This document shows, one piece after another, positions 40,361 through 50,441 of a stretch of DNA of 64,000 bases; position 1 is the first letter of the stretch, and each line of letters opens with the position of its first letter. The DNA lies in IMG/VR virus record IMGVR_UViG_3300027896_005002, positions 352,030 through 416,029 of that record; one strand, written 5' to 3'. Made by a program: the position numbers and the translations under genes. The notes below the pieces were generated by a model. The model saw only the letters and a program-made list of their open reading frames with translations, searched no databases and had not been told where the DNA came from.

Positions 40361-40999
40361 TTATGCCAACGATATCAATTTACTGATAGTAGTAGGATCA
40401 CGATCAACAAGTGTATCACCATAAGCACCGCGACCAGCAGCAGGATCATAAACATCAGTAATGTTTACTGCACAATCCTGCATAATCGTTGATGCACCAA
40501 TTTCAAATGTAATATTATAATCTTGCATCCAGCAACCTTCATAATAAGTCTGAATAATATTACCTGTCAGTCCACCTGTTTTACTTGTTCCTCTTTGTAC
40601 TGTATAGGATCCTGTGCCAATGAAATCAGGAACAATAATTTGTTCCTTAATATCAAAAGGCCAACGATGATGTTTCAATGACCGAATAATTCCTGAAGCA
40701 CCAGCATTATAACCAAGAACCTGCATAATATTTACAAGATACATTACAGCAATACTTAAAGAACCAGTTAAATCAGTGACACCAACTGATTGTTCAGCTG
40801 TTCTATCACCATGACCGATTCCTCTTACGGGTTCTGTCGGTCTTGATTGTGCCGGCGCCCAAGATTGTAGTAAACCAATTTGGTTTGCTGTAGGATCAGC
40901 TCCACCTGGATGAGCAGTAAATACTTTTACTTTTTGACTATTAAGTAAACTAGTATTTGGAGTAGATCCTTGTTGATAAATATAACTATTAGTAGCCAT
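40361..40999 (-). CDS. Tail tube protein
   Basis: IGLLQSW...SRPTEPVRGIG, GSLSI and YYEGCWMQDYNITF motifs; downstream of the sheath; strong GGAGG SD. Confidence 0.85.
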   Translation of the reverse strand: MATNSYIYQQGSTPNTSLLNSQKVKVFTAHPGGADPTANQIGLLQSWAPAQSRPTEPVRGIGHGDRTAEQSVGVTDLTGSLSIAVMYLVNIMQVLGYNAGASGIIRSLKHHRWPFDIKEQIIVPDFIGTGSYTVQRGTSKTGGLTGNIIQTYYEGCWMQDYNITFEIGASTIMQDCAVNITDVYDPAAGRGAYGDTLVDRDPTTISKLISLA

Positions 41000-41021
41000 T
41001 TGAACCCTCCATTATTATAAA

Positions 41022-41390
41022 TTAATCGTCTAACATTGCCTTTTTTATTTCATCAACCATTTTTTCATCTTCATTACTAAATGTCGTTAATACTGGATCA
41101 ATCATTTCCCCGGCTTCGTCAGCAGTAACAGATGATTCCATGTCCTTAACAGGTTCCATTTTCGGTACAACACCTTTTGGTTGACCAGGTGTTTGTTCAA
41201 AATCATGTCTTGGCGAATTAAACCTGTCAGTATTTATTGCATCATATAAATAATTATCTGAATCTAATTTAATCGGCTTTTCTTCAAATCGATCAACATC
41301 ACCAGGTAATGACCAAAATTTATCTTCATCACCTAAGTGAGGTTGATCTCTTTGTAAAACATTACCATAATAAGACGCCGACTTTTTCAT
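41022..41390 (-). CDS. Acidic hypothetical protein between sheath and tube
   Basis: 122-aa ORF starting immediately after the sheath stop (TAA ATG). Confidence 0.6.
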   Translation of the reverse strand: MKKSASYYGNVLQRDQPHLGDEDKFWSLPGDVDRFEEKPIKLDSDNYLYDAINTDRFNSPRHDFEQTPGQPKGVVPKMEPVKDMESSVTADEAGEMIDPVLTTFSNEDEKMVDEIKKAMLDD

Positions 41391-44162
41391 TTAGAGTTTT
41401 GCTCTAATATTAAATGTCACTCTAATATATGATAATTCAAATACTGGCTTATAGAAAGCTTCAGCTACTAAATAGTTAGGATCAGTGTCTGACGGTGTAG
41501 CTGTAACATTTGTATAATCAGAAATAATTTCAGCTTCCTTAAGAGCTGATAATGTTGCAGCGAGAGTAGAAGCAACATTACTTGCAGTATTGGGTAAGAA
41601 TTTCTTACCAATATACTGATCAAGACTAGATCTAGCCTGAATTTGAACCTCATCCATAATTGTAACAATGTTCGGTGCTTTATTAAATGGGTTACTCATA
41701 TCAGTTGTTAAAGCATGACGAACTTTCAAAATTCCACTATCAGAAACAATTACTGTTATACCAGCAGAAGCAGTTTCATCCATTTCAATCTCATCCATAT
41801 CTCGAACTAACCGTTTGAATCCAGTAATTGTCTTTCTTGTCATAGGTTCTGCAACATCATATGCTGTAGTTACATTCAATCCTACAAGAGCGGCAGCAAT
41901 GTAACTACCATCAACAATATATTCAGATTCAACTCCTCGTTCATCAGTTAATCCAATTACAGCACCATCAGGATAAACTGCAACAATACGAGAATAACCT
42001 AAAGCTTTTGCATAAACTGCAGCATCTTGAGATTCGGTTCCTACAGCAAATCCAATAAAAGCAGTTCTTTCTGATCTTCGTCTTTCAGATGACATTGTAG
42101 CTAAGTTAGTCTTAAGTGCAGATATTACTGTAGCAGAAGTAGTAACAACATGAATTACTCGAGGTTTAATTCCATTAATCGGCTTTTCTGTCTCAGCTAA
42201 AGCTTCAATAAATGCTTCATCTGATGCTACATCCTGACCAGGTTCCTTTAAAACTTGTTTACACATAACAGCAACAGCACCATTAACCATCATTAAAAAT
42301 GCTGATAATGTAATTTGATTACTAATGTCCAAAGCACCATATTCATTAGTAATATCTTTAAATAGTGTAAATACTTTAGGCGTAAAATCTGTCTTTTGAT
42401 AATAATATGTGATGTAATATGTAGAACCTACTGAAGGTTCACGTCCACTTCTATCAAAAGTCTGAATATTTGTTACATCACCAACACCAGTGTTCAAAGT
42501 ATCAGAAACAATCAACCTTAATCCATACATAACATATTCTGGTCCTTGACAACTAGTTATTACAGCTGACGTTCCGGTCTTGAATGGACCTGCAATACCA
42601 GTACCAGGACCACCAGATCTTGTGCCAGGAATGTCATCATTATGACAATGAATTGTAATTGTGTCACCTGGTGAATATGTTCCATCTGGTGTAATAGTAA
42701 ATTGTAATCCTGTACGAGCATCAATATATGTACTTCCTGTTTTACCGGCACCATTAGATCCTAAAATATTAGTAGATGTAACAGCAAAAACAGTCGAACT
42801 TGAAAATTGAATTGTTACAACTTCGTCAACTGCTTTAGTTTTACTAGCTTTTAGATGCGCACCAGAAGCGTCCATAAAAGTCGGTGTAGGTGTAGTTGAA
42901 TATCCTGTAACCTTAGCATTAAATAATGAACCATTAGCTGAAGTACTAATCTTATATGTTCCAGTTCCTGCAGCACCTGCAATAACAACTTGTATTGCAT
43001 AAGATTCATCCATTAGCTGACTTCTCCAGTATGACACTTCAACTAAAGATCCACCACCAGGAATATTCTTCAAATATACTTTTCCTGTTTCACCATCAAC
43101 TCTTGTAACTGCAACTTGTGTACCATTTACATATACAGCTGCTTTTGTTGGGTCATCAGTAATAACATTGCGACCATTACCGTCAACAATTGGTAAATAT
43201 TTGACTGTTAAAACATTTTCAACACCGGTAAATTGTGACGAAACATCTTCTTTAATAATTCGATCATCAACTAACATTGTTGCAATCTGGTCTTCAAAAT
43301 AAATGGATCCAGAAGTATGCGTCATTACAGTTTCTAACACTCCAGCACCCCATTGTATCTTATTGCCATCAAGAACAACAAAATCAACACCTTCAACATA
43401 GTTTGCTAAATCTGGAGAATCACCAACTGAAACAACACTCGTTAATCCACTTTGCGGCAATAAATCAAAAGTATCAGCATATTGATTAAAGTAGTAAGTC
43501 AATGTTACTGTATCAGTTATTAATGGTGCAACAGCAAATGTTACAACACCATCAATACCATTAACATCAGAAACTGTAACAACTAAACCATTAACTTTTG
43601 CAACAACATCAGTAATAGTTGTTGTTGGAACACCACTACCTCGACCATCAACAATTGGTTTATGTGATGTATAAAATATTCTATTAGTTCCATTAGCTTG
43701 TGTCGATTCATCTTCATTATTGATCTTTGTATCAGTCAATTTGAAATAATAAGTAATTGCAACAAAATCAGTAGCTTTTGGAGGTAATTGAAGAGTTACA
43801 AGACCATTAAGACCATCAACTCTAACAACAGGTACTGGATTATTATTAACACTTGCAATTACATCAGATACTCTATTTGTTATGGTCCCAGTACCATCAC
43901 CAGTTACTATGGGATAATAAGTAACTTGAAATACCGTATTTAAACCATCAGCTTGTCCAGAAACATCTTCATTAGAATACTTGTTGTCGATATAAGCAGA
44001 TGATCCACGAACAACATCCTGATTCAACAACAATTTCTGTTCTTGACCTGTGCCAATAACAATAGGAATTCTTAATCCGCCAAGTAAACTTGCAACGTTC
44101 GGATCTAACAAAGTCCTATCATACACACCAGGCGCCAAATAACCGGAAACAAATGCTGCCAT
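41391..44162 (-). CDS. Contractile tail sheath protein with inserted surface modules
   Basis: N-terminal YLAPGVYDRT and C-terminal IVTIMDEV...YIGKK...ISDY..V.....AFYKPVFELSYIRVTFNI are classic sheath termini. Confidence 0.95.
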   Translation of the reverse strand: MAAFVSGYLAPGVYDRTLLDPNVASLLGGLRIPIVIGTGQEQKLLLNQDVVRGSSAYIDNKYSNEDVSGQADGLNTVFQVTYYPIVTGDGTGTITNRVSDVIASVNNNPVPVVRVDGLNGLVTLQLPPKATDFVAITYYFKLTDTKINNEDESTQANGTNRIFYTSHKPIVDGRGSGVPTTTITDVVAKVNGLVVTVSDVNGIDGVVTFAVAPLITDTVTLTYYFNQYADTFDLLPQSGLTSVVSVGDSPDLANYVEGVDFVVLDGNKIQWGAGVLETVMTHTSGSIYFEDQIATMLVDDRIIKEDVSSQFTGVENVLTVKYLPIVDGNGRNVITDDPTKAAVYVNGTQVAVTRVDGETGKVYLKNIPGGGSLVEVSYWRSQLMDESYAIQVVIAGAAGTGTYKISTSANGSLFNAKVTGYSTTPTPTFMDASGAHLKASKTKAVDEVVTIQFSSSTVFAVTSTNILGSNGAGKTGSTYIDARTGLQFTITPDGTYSPGDTITIHCHNDDIPGTRSGGPGTGIAGPFKTGTSAVITSCQGPEYVMYGLRLIVSDTLNTGVGDVTNIQTFDRSGREPSVGSTYYITYYYQKTDFTPKVFTLFKDITNEYGALDISNQITLSAFLMMVNGAVAVMCKQVLKEPGQDVASDEAFIEALAETEKPINGIKPRVIHVVTTSATVISALKTNLATMSSERRRSERTAFIGFAVGTESQDAAVYAKALGYSRIVAVYPDGAVIGLTDERGVESEYIVDGSYIAAALVGLNVTTAYDVAEPMTRKTITGFKRLVRDMDEIEMDETASAGITVIVSDSGILKVRHALTTDMSNPFNKAPNIVTIMDEVQIQARSSLDQYIGKKFLPNTASNVASTLAATLSALKEAEIISDYTNVTATPSDTDPNYLVAEAFYKPVFELSYIRVTFNIRAKL

Positions 44163-44248
44163 AGTAATTTCCTTTCACAAAATATATACAATAACTTTTG
44201 TTTTACAGCAATGAATTTAATTTTAATGAATTTTAATTTAATTAATCT

Positions 44249-44263
44249 TAATTACATTCACAA
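44249..44263. repeat. 15-bp inverted-repeat arm (partner at 40272-40286)
   Basis: taattacattcacaa in the sheath upstream intergenic region. Confidence 0.8.
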
Positions 44264-44275
44264 CAATAAGGCAGG

Positions 44276-44300
44276 ATTATAAATCATACAGTAAATGGTC
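44276..44300 (-). promoter_or_regulatory. Candidate promoter for the sheath-tube cassette
   Basis: Two TATAAT hexamers, one within TTTATATAAT, in a 165-bp AT-rich gap. No convincing -35 or BRE, and such motifs arise easily at this AT content. Confidence 0.3.
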
Positions 44301-44327
44301 ATTATATAAAACAAATATTAAATCAAA

Positions 44328-45467
44328 TTAAGAAATATTTGTCGCTTGCCAAGTTGTTTCTACGCCAACATTATTAAAAACTTTTTCAATATTTATTTTC
44401 TTTAAAACGAATCTCCACTGTGGCGATGTTGGAAATAAAGCTCCTGTTATATACACATTAATTCTCATATTAAACGGAGAACTTGTGTATTGTTCAACAG
44501 TATATCTGGCAATGTTAGTTCCATCATTATACGGCAATGGTATAAAACAATCACTGGTCGTATGAGTTGTATTCCTTTGTACCATTGCTGCAACTACTAC
44601 AAAACTATCCCATGTTAAACTAACATCTAAATCAAACCACGCACCACTATTTAACGACGCATTTAAATAAACATATTCTCCAGTATTAATCATTATCCCA
44701 TTATATAAAACATTGCCATAAGAATCAATTGAAAAATTACCTATCTGTGGAATAACTTGTCTAAAATCAACTATGTCAGCTGCAAGAATATTTGGATTAC
44801 CACTATGTCTGTGAATTTCAGCAAGTTTGTAATAACGATGATAAACACTATTAGCATCTAAACCATCTACTGGAATTGATGTTGTTCCTTCAGCCACTAA
44901 CACATCTTGAACAATTCTAAATCTATTAGCAGACTGTACATTCAAAGTTGCATCTTTTATAGTAGTATCATGATATTCGCTACCGGCTTCTGAACTAACT
45001 TCTGCCAGATAAGTATCAACATATACTGTATCTATACGGTCAGATCCTGGCACGCTAATTGTGGGTATGACTGTTGTAGTATAATTATCATCTTCTAATG
45101 TTCCCGATGTTCCTTGTTGATTATATTCTATACTACCAAATAACAATAATGGATAACCTTTAACTATTAACATTGCAGGTTGATCTGCTGATCCACCAGT
45201 TACTGTAAAATTACTAACAGTTGTAACTACGCTTTGTGATACTGACCAAGAATTTATACCAATAGCACCATCACCAATATTTGATTCAAGAAATCTTCTT
45301 ATAAAATCAAAACTTCTATAAGAAATTTCTGACAATTCATAATCTAATACTGCCTTACCTGTTTGTTCTGCAAACAAATACCTTCTTTTTGCTTTACTTT
45401 CTAATTTTGATATTGGTAGAGGAATATAAGAATATATTCCAATATATGAACCAGCAGGATTACTCAT
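44328..45467 (-). CDS. Hypothetical virion structural protein
   Basis: 379-aa beta-rich ORF with a good SD, upstream of the sheath. Confidence 0.55.
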   Translation of the reverse strand: MSNPAGSYIGIYSYIPLPISKLESKAKRRYLFAEQTGKAVLDYELSEISYRSFDFIRRFLESNIGDGAIGINSWSVSQSVVTTVSNFTVTGGSADQPAMLIVKGYPLLLFGSIEYNQQGTSGTLEDDNYTTTVIPTISVPGSDRIDTVYVDTYLAEVSSEAGSEYHDTTIKDATLNVQSANRFRIVQDVLVAEGTTSIPVDGLDANSVYHRYYKLAEIHRHSGNPNILAADIVDFRQVIPQIGNFSIDSYGNVLYNGIMINTGEYVYLNASLNSGAWFDLDVSLTWDSFVVVAAMVQRNTTHTTSDCFIPLPYNDGTNIARYTVEQYTSSPFNMRINVYITGALFPTSPQWRFVLKKINIEKVFNNVGVETTWQATNIS

Positions 45468-45480
45468 TATTTATCTCCCT

Positions 45481-45642
45481 TTATTGTTCTCGTTGTTTCA
45501 ATGGATCTAAATACTTTGGAAAATTTAATGATTTTCCAAGCGTATTATCTACATCAGAATATAAATTAGGATTGTCAATCGTCCTCGGTGTAGGCTCTAA
45601 CATTTCTTTTACAATTTCATCAATCATTTCTTCATCATCCAT
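45481..45642 (-). CDS. 53-aa acidic hypothetical protein
   Basis: Not in the ORF track. My translation is MDDEEMIDEIVKEMLEPTPRTIDNPNLYSDVDNTLGKSLNFPKYLDPLKQREQ*, which fills the gap between genes. Confidence 0.55.
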   Translation of the reverse strand: MDDEEMIDEIVKEMLEPTPRTIDNPNLYSDVDNTLGKSLNFPKYLDPLKQREQ

Positions 45643-45653
45643 TGTACACTCTC

Positions 45654-46883
45654 TTATAACACCATTGTTTTTGAATTAATTAAAGAATACCTTGGAACGG
45701 GTCTTACAAGCATCGGTGTCAAATCATCAACAGGCTGTAGACCTACTTTATAATCAACACCGACTTGTGTAGAATCAAATGATCTTGCAGCTCTAACACC
45801 AAATTCAGCATCATCATATCGACCCGTGTCTTCAACTCTACTCAAAAATACTTGTTTAATTACACCTAATATTGGTTGATACGCTTCCCATTCAACATTA
45901 ATATCAAATGATAAATCTGCTAAAAAAGCTAACTCATTTGATGTTTTTACTTCATCTTCTTCAGTCTCGCCTGATATATTAACATTCTCAATGTATATTC
46001 CATCATTTACTAATTTATCTTGTAACACTGACCACAAATACATTGCTGTTAGATCTGTTAATTGTTCTTCAGTATCAGTGTCTTGTGCTGTTATAGATAA
46101 ATTTACCGTTAATTTCCATTTGCCCAAATAAGATCTTGCGACTTCCTGTCTTGATGGATACACTACTACAACTTGTAATCCACCCTTTTGCAAAAAATTA
46201 CCAAATGCCAAAATTACACCAGGAATTGCAGTATTATTATAAGTTTCTGATTCAACTTCAATTACCTGTGATTTTTCACCAATATACTGATAATCTGCAG
46301 TAATTTGTCCATAATCCTCTATCGGTTTTAAAAAGATAATTCTACCATTAACATAATCTATTGTATAATGTAAATCTCGTAACAATCTTTGAGCAGTTTC
46401 AGATATTAGATATTCACTTCCTGGATTTATGTTCTTATATTTTAAATCTGCATATGTTACAGGAGTCACTTGATATTCAAGTATTCCAACTTGAATATCT
46501 AATACCTCATCTGCAACAGTTAAATATGGTTGAACTGTAAACTTTTCATTATCAACCATTTCAACAACATAAAATCCCGGCTTTACAAGATTTTCAACAT
46601 TTCGAATATCTTCTCTAACCCATTCAATCATACGTCCAGGTCTATTTTTCAAATTTGCTAATGTCGTATAAGATGTTATAATCCCTTTAAAATTATCAGC
46701 ACCCAATTTAACATATTGCGCACTTGCAGTTTTAACAACAATAGAAAATTTTGGTCTTTCTGGCAATTGAAATTTGTTTGTTATAACAAGACTGCCATTA
46801 CCAAACACTGGATGGTCTACAAATAAAGCTTGCAACTCCTGTATTATAATTTTTTTTACAACGTTCGTGATTCGAAAGAACAT
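45654..46883 (-). CDS. Tail terminator/completion-like protein
   Basis: IIIQELQALF...ERPKFSIVVK and GKWKLTVNLSITAQD...EQLTD pattern of gpU/gp15-type terminators; upstream of the sheath. Confidence 0.5.
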   Translation of the reverse strand: MFFRITNVVKKIIIQELQALFVDHPVFGNGSLVITNKFQLPERPKFSIVVKTASAQYVKLGADNFKGIITSYTTLANLKNRPGRMIEWVREDIRNVENLVKPGFYVVEMVDNEKFTVQPYLTVADEVLDIQVGILEYQVTPVTYADLKYKNINPGSEYLISETAQRLLRDLHYTIDYVNGRIIFLKPIEDYGQITADYQYIGEKSQVIEVESETYNNTAIPGVILAFGNFLQKGGLQVVVVYPSRQEVARSYLGKWKLTVNLSITAQDTDTEEQLTDLTAMYLWSVLQDKLVNDGIYIENVNISGETEEDEVKTSNELAFLADLSFDINVEWEAYQPILGVIKQVFLSRVEDTGRYDDAEFGVRAARSFDSTQVGVDYKVGLQPVDDLTPMLVRPVPRYSLINSKTMVL

Positions 46884-46938
46884 ACTCTGTCACCTTGTTT
46901 GATCAATGCTATTAGGATTAATTGTTTTCATATACTCA

Positions 46939-47214
46939 TTAAAATGATTTATGAAATCTTGTAAATCTATCTACAGGAAATTCACCTTCAATATCATCAC
47001 CTATTTTATCTTCTTCAGGTGAATAATTAGCAATAGAAATCTTTCCAGGTGTAGCAATCTTTGTTACTTTATAAATAGATCCCTTATTGAGACCTTGTAC
47101 CTGATCAACTAATGTCACAGGATCACCAACTTTAAATACTTTTGCAACTTTGTCAGTAATTCCTGCTTCTTTCATTAATCGATCAATAACCCTAGATTCA
47201 AGTTCATTATCCAT
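46939..47214 (-). CDS. Small protein with an SH3/KOW-like domain
   Basis: Likely start is the ATG at 47214 (SD AGGAG); FKVGDPVTL..GSIYKVTKI motif. Confidence 0.5.
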   Translation of the reverse strand: MDNELESRVIDRLMKEAGITDKVAKVFKVGDPVTLVDQVQGLNKGSIYKVTKIATPGKISIANYSPEEDKIGDDIEGEFPVDRFTRFHKSF

Positions 47215-47227
47215 ATTTTCTCCTTTT

Positions 47228-48274
47228 TTATTCTTCTTCATATTCGGATATAGCACTATATAGACATCCTCTAGCTACTGCAAACATGGGATCCTGTGCC
47301 ATTCTAATATCTTTAATATTAAATGGAAATTTAATTTTTTCAATTTCTTTTTTGAAAACAACATCAAAAGATTTTATAAGTGATGTTCCACCAGCTAAAA
47401 CAATTGAAATAGGTTCTGGAAATTCGGGAACATCTTCAGCTTGTGACAATTTCTTTTCAAAACATTTAATAACATAATTTATAAGATTTATATAAAAAAT
47501 GCGTATAGATTCTTCATGTCGACCTTTTGGAGCTAATAAATCAATGCCTGCTTCTTTAATTGCAGTTATTTTTGATGTTCTTTCACCAATTGCCATGGCA
47601 GCACTATTATCAATCCAATCACCTGATCTTGATACTGAAAATTCAATTGATGCTGTCCCTAAATAACTCAAACATGCATTACACATACCGGCACCAAAGC
47701 TAATTGCTAATCCAGTAAAATTTTCCTCATCAAGTTCAGAATAACAAATAGCTCTTGCTTCATTAATGGGCTGTGCATCAAAGCCAAAAGATTCAATAAA
47801 TGATTTTAAAACATTCTCGTGATAAATAATATTATAATCGGCATCAATTGGATTTGCAGGAATTGAAAATTTACAAACTTCTTTATCACAAATAGGTTCA
47901 CCCAAAACATTTTTAATAATTGTTTTTATCATTAATAATGCTTCAGGTTCTCTTGTACTAATGACACCTTTTTGTAAAGGTCTGCGAACTTCTCTCTTAA
48001 ATATATTTGCAAAATTAAGAGCTTCTTGACCGATTACATATAATGATTTAGCATCATCAGATTCAATATAATGTGCTTTATTTAATGTCAACATATTACG
48101 AGAAAGTTTATCATTTTCAATATCAAAAAAAGCATCTCGTTGTGTTCTAATCTTTACTTCATCATCTTCTTGCATTATGGCACTATTAATAAATGCTGTG
48201 CCGATGTCTGCACCTATACCTTTTTGACGTTTAACTGGGATGTCCGTCTTTTCTTGTTTTTCATCAGTTGACAT
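47228..48274 (-). CDS. Actin-superfamily ATPase (volactin/MamK/MreB-like)
   Basis: All five actin-fold motifs in order: GADIGT (phosphate 1), PINEARA (connect 1), ISFGAG (phosphate 2), LAGGTS (adenosine), DPMFAVARG (connect 2). Start at the ATG at 48274 (SD AAGGAAGG). Confidence 0.9.
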   Translation of the reverse strand: MSTDEKQEKTDIPVKRQKGIGADIGTAFINSAIMQEDDEVKIRTQRDAFFDIENDKLSRNMLTLNKAHYIESDDAKSLYVIGQEALNFANIFKREVRRPLQKGVISTREPEALLMIKTIIKNVLGEPICDKEVCKFSIPANPIDADYNIIYHENVLKSFIESFGFDAQPINEARAICYSELDEENFTGLAISFGAGMCNACLSYLGTASIEFSVSRSGDWIDNSAAMAIGERTSKITAIKEAGIDLLAPKGRHEESIRIFYINLINYVIKCFEKKLSQAEDVPEFPEPISIVLAGGTSLIKSFDVVFKKEIEKIKFPFNIKDIRMAQDPMFAVARGCLYSAISEYEEE

Positions 48275-48326
48275 CTTGACCTTCCTTTTTAATTGTTTAA
48301 TTTTCATTTGTTTCATAAAATCTCCT

Positions 48327-48974
48327 TTAATTTTTATTAATCTGCTTTATCTTCTTAGCAACTGATTTAGCTTTAATATCTTTTTGCTGTGTTACATCAC
48401 CAATATCACCATTGATATTTGTTTTTAATTCTTTACCATCATCAATATTAACAAAAACATTACCAACAGATTTATCTATTTCATTATTAACTTTCTGTGG
48501 TTGTACTGTCGGTAATTTATCTACAATCTTATTTACAATTTCATCAACATCAACATTTTTTGATGATTCCTTTTTTAATTCCTGTAATATTGCAGCTGTT
48601 GATTGACCCAACATTTCGCGAAATAATTCTTTTATTTCATCTTTATTTATACTAGGTTTCTGTTCTTGATAAACTACAGGTTCATTAATAACTGGTTTTT
48701 CAGATGAATATGACATCTTCTGAACATATTGTTTACCTTCAATAACATCAATCCAATCTTTTGAATAAGCTGCTAATAAATCAGCAGATCGTCTAACTTC
48801 ATCAACAGAAATATCTAATATTTGATTATATTGAACAATTTTATTAATATCTCTTATTATTACCTGACCAACAACTCTACCAATAATTCTAACATTCTCA
48901 GGCCTCAAAGTCTTCATATGCTCATACCACATTTGCTCAGTTAAAGAATATCTATCATTTAAAATGATATTCAT
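48327..48974 (-). CDS. Hypothetical protein, possible actin adaptor
   Basis: 215 aa directly upstream of the actin gene: globular N-terminus, low-complexity linker and a basic C-terminal helix. Confidence 0.5.
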   Translation of the reverse strand: MNIILNDRYSLTEQMWYEHMKTLRPENVRIIGRVVGQVIIRDINKIVQYNQILDISVDEVRRSADLLAAYSKDWIDVIEGKQYVQKMSYSSEKPVINEPVVYQEQKPSINKDEIKELFREMLGQSTAAILQELKKESSKNVDVDEIVNKIVDKLPTVQPQKVNNEIDKSVGNVFVNIDDGKELKTNINGDIGDVTQQKDIKAKSVAKKIKQINKN

Positions 48975-49423
48975 GTTAAACCTTCATCAATTGCAATATC
49001 CATACAGGCATCTCTAATTTTATTGACAGATATATCAAAAAAACCTTTGCCACGTTTAAATCCTGGATGAACCCACTTTCCAGATTTATTTATATTTCGT
49101 CTATTGGCAACACGAAAAATTGTTTGTCCCCTACTAGTTGTAATTGGTATCGGACCTGCATCAACTAAATATCTCATTTTATGACGTTTAACACCATCAT
49201 TCAATATACCGGCGTAATCTGCTCCAATTTCAAATTTTACACCATCTCGTTTAATTGTTGCACCAACATTATCAATCAAATTTCTAGTATTTATTAAATG
49301 TCGTTTAGTAATCTCATGTTTAAAAATCTTTACACCTTTTCTTGCAACTTTCTCAATAATTTGACGTCGTTTTGAATCTAAAGCTCTATCATTAACAACT
49401 ATTGTTTTAAGTTGCAATTTCAT
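48971..49423 (-). CDS. HK97 gp10-like / neck-associated protein
   Basis: Basic protein with A.YAGILNDG and WVHPGFKRGKGFF motifs. Confidence 0.55.
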   Translation of the reverse strand: MKLQLKTIVVNDRALDSKRRQIIEKVARKGVKIFKHEITKRHLINTRNLIDNVGATIKRDGVKFEIGADYAGILNDGVKRHKMRYLVDAGPIPITTSRGQTIFRVANRRNINKSGKWVHPGFKRGKGFFDISVNKIRDACMDIAIDEGLT

Positions 49424-49425
49424 AA

Positions 49426-49878
49426 TTATACAACATCAGGATCTATTGAAGGATCCGGCATAATTGGTGCATGCGGTATAATAAATGGTTCAGCTGTCGT
49501 AAATGGAAATGATACTAAATTATACCTTGATTGTTGATCCCATTCATATTCAGAAATTGTTGCTCGATCACTATTTTTTTTATTATAAACATTCATCGCT
49601 GTTTGATCAAATATAGCTTGCGGCATCTCACTTGACTGCTTACCGACTAAAGACCGTTGTTCCTTAAATAATTCAGGCTCAACATAATTTTTATTACGTT
49701 CAACAGGATCACTTATATTAACAGTTGCAATTTCTGTTGAAATATCGTCATCATTAAACTTTTGTTTTATTGTTGCAGTATTTGGTCCTAATGGCAAATT
49801 TGCAACATCATTTAAAGATCCACCCAAATTTCTTTTGCCTAAAATATTTGCCGGAGCTATAATTACATCATTTGACAT
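49426..49878 (-). CDS. Hypothetical protein
   Basis: 150-aa ORF tightly packed in the operon. Confidence 0.55.
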   Translation of the reverse strand: MSNDVIIAPANILGKRNLGGSLNDVANLPLGPNTATIKQKFNDDDISTEIATVNISDPVERNKNYVEPELFKEQRSLVGKQSSEMPQAIFDQTAMNVYNKKNSDRATISEYEWDQQSRYNLVSFPFTTAEPFIIPHAPIMPDPSIDPDVV

Positions 49879-49886
49879 AATTAATC

Positions 49887-50327
49887 CTATGACACTGTTA
49901 TTACTATATGATTACTTTCAAACCCACCACCAATTTTTGCATAAATTTCTGCTGTACCTGTCGCAACAGCTGTCACTAATCCTTCAGAAACTGTTGCATG
50001 ACTAGCATTAGTTGTAAACCATGTTGCAACACCAGTAACATCTTTACCTTGAGCATCTGGTGTAATTGACGGTGAATATTGTTTCTCTCTAAACAATAAT
50101 GCTAATAACTGAATTGTATTACCAACAACCATTGTTTGAGAAAGACCACAATAAATTACAAGATTTCTTGGATTATTAAGAAATCCGTCTTTCATTAAAG
50201 TTCTAGCATTTGCAAGTGAAAACGGCGTTAATTGAGAAAAAGTATCTACATCAGAATTTGTTACTACAGATTCATTATACTCTCTTAACGCAGTACGAGA
50301 TTGACCTAATTCAATAAAATCGCTCAT
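49887..50327 (-). CDS. Virion protein with a C-terminal Big_2 Ig-like domain
   Basis: ATWFTTNASHATVSEGLVTAVATGTAEIYAK is a Big_2 signature. Confidence 0.75.
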   Translation of the reverse strand: MSDFIELGQSRTALREYNESVVTNSDVDTFSQLTPFSLANARTLMKDGFLNNPRNLVIYCGLSQTMVVGNTIQLLALLFREKQYSPSITPDAQGKDVTGVATWFTTNASHATVSEGLVTAVATGTAEIYAKIGGGFESNHIVITVS

Positions 50328-50441
50328 ATATCACTCCTTTACCAGTAGAAAATTTATCAAAATTTAATTACTTCTTCATTTGTCATCCAATTACGATAAT
50401 AAAAAATTGGACAATTTATTTTATCAGTTACTTCAATCATA

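Noticed and set aside
11452-44162. Extracellular contractile injection system or T6SS rather than a virus
   Set aside because: Neck/HK97-gp10-like genes, homing endonucleases, fibres and a true tape measure are present, and no Afp15-type AAA+ ATPase or membrane complex was seen. Capsid genes are presumably outside the window.
50377-50413. Bulged hairpin in the 50328-50441 gap as a third K-turn
   Set aside because: It has a 3-nt bulge but Watson-Crick pairs where the tandem G.A pairs are required; at most a weak AU-rich stem.
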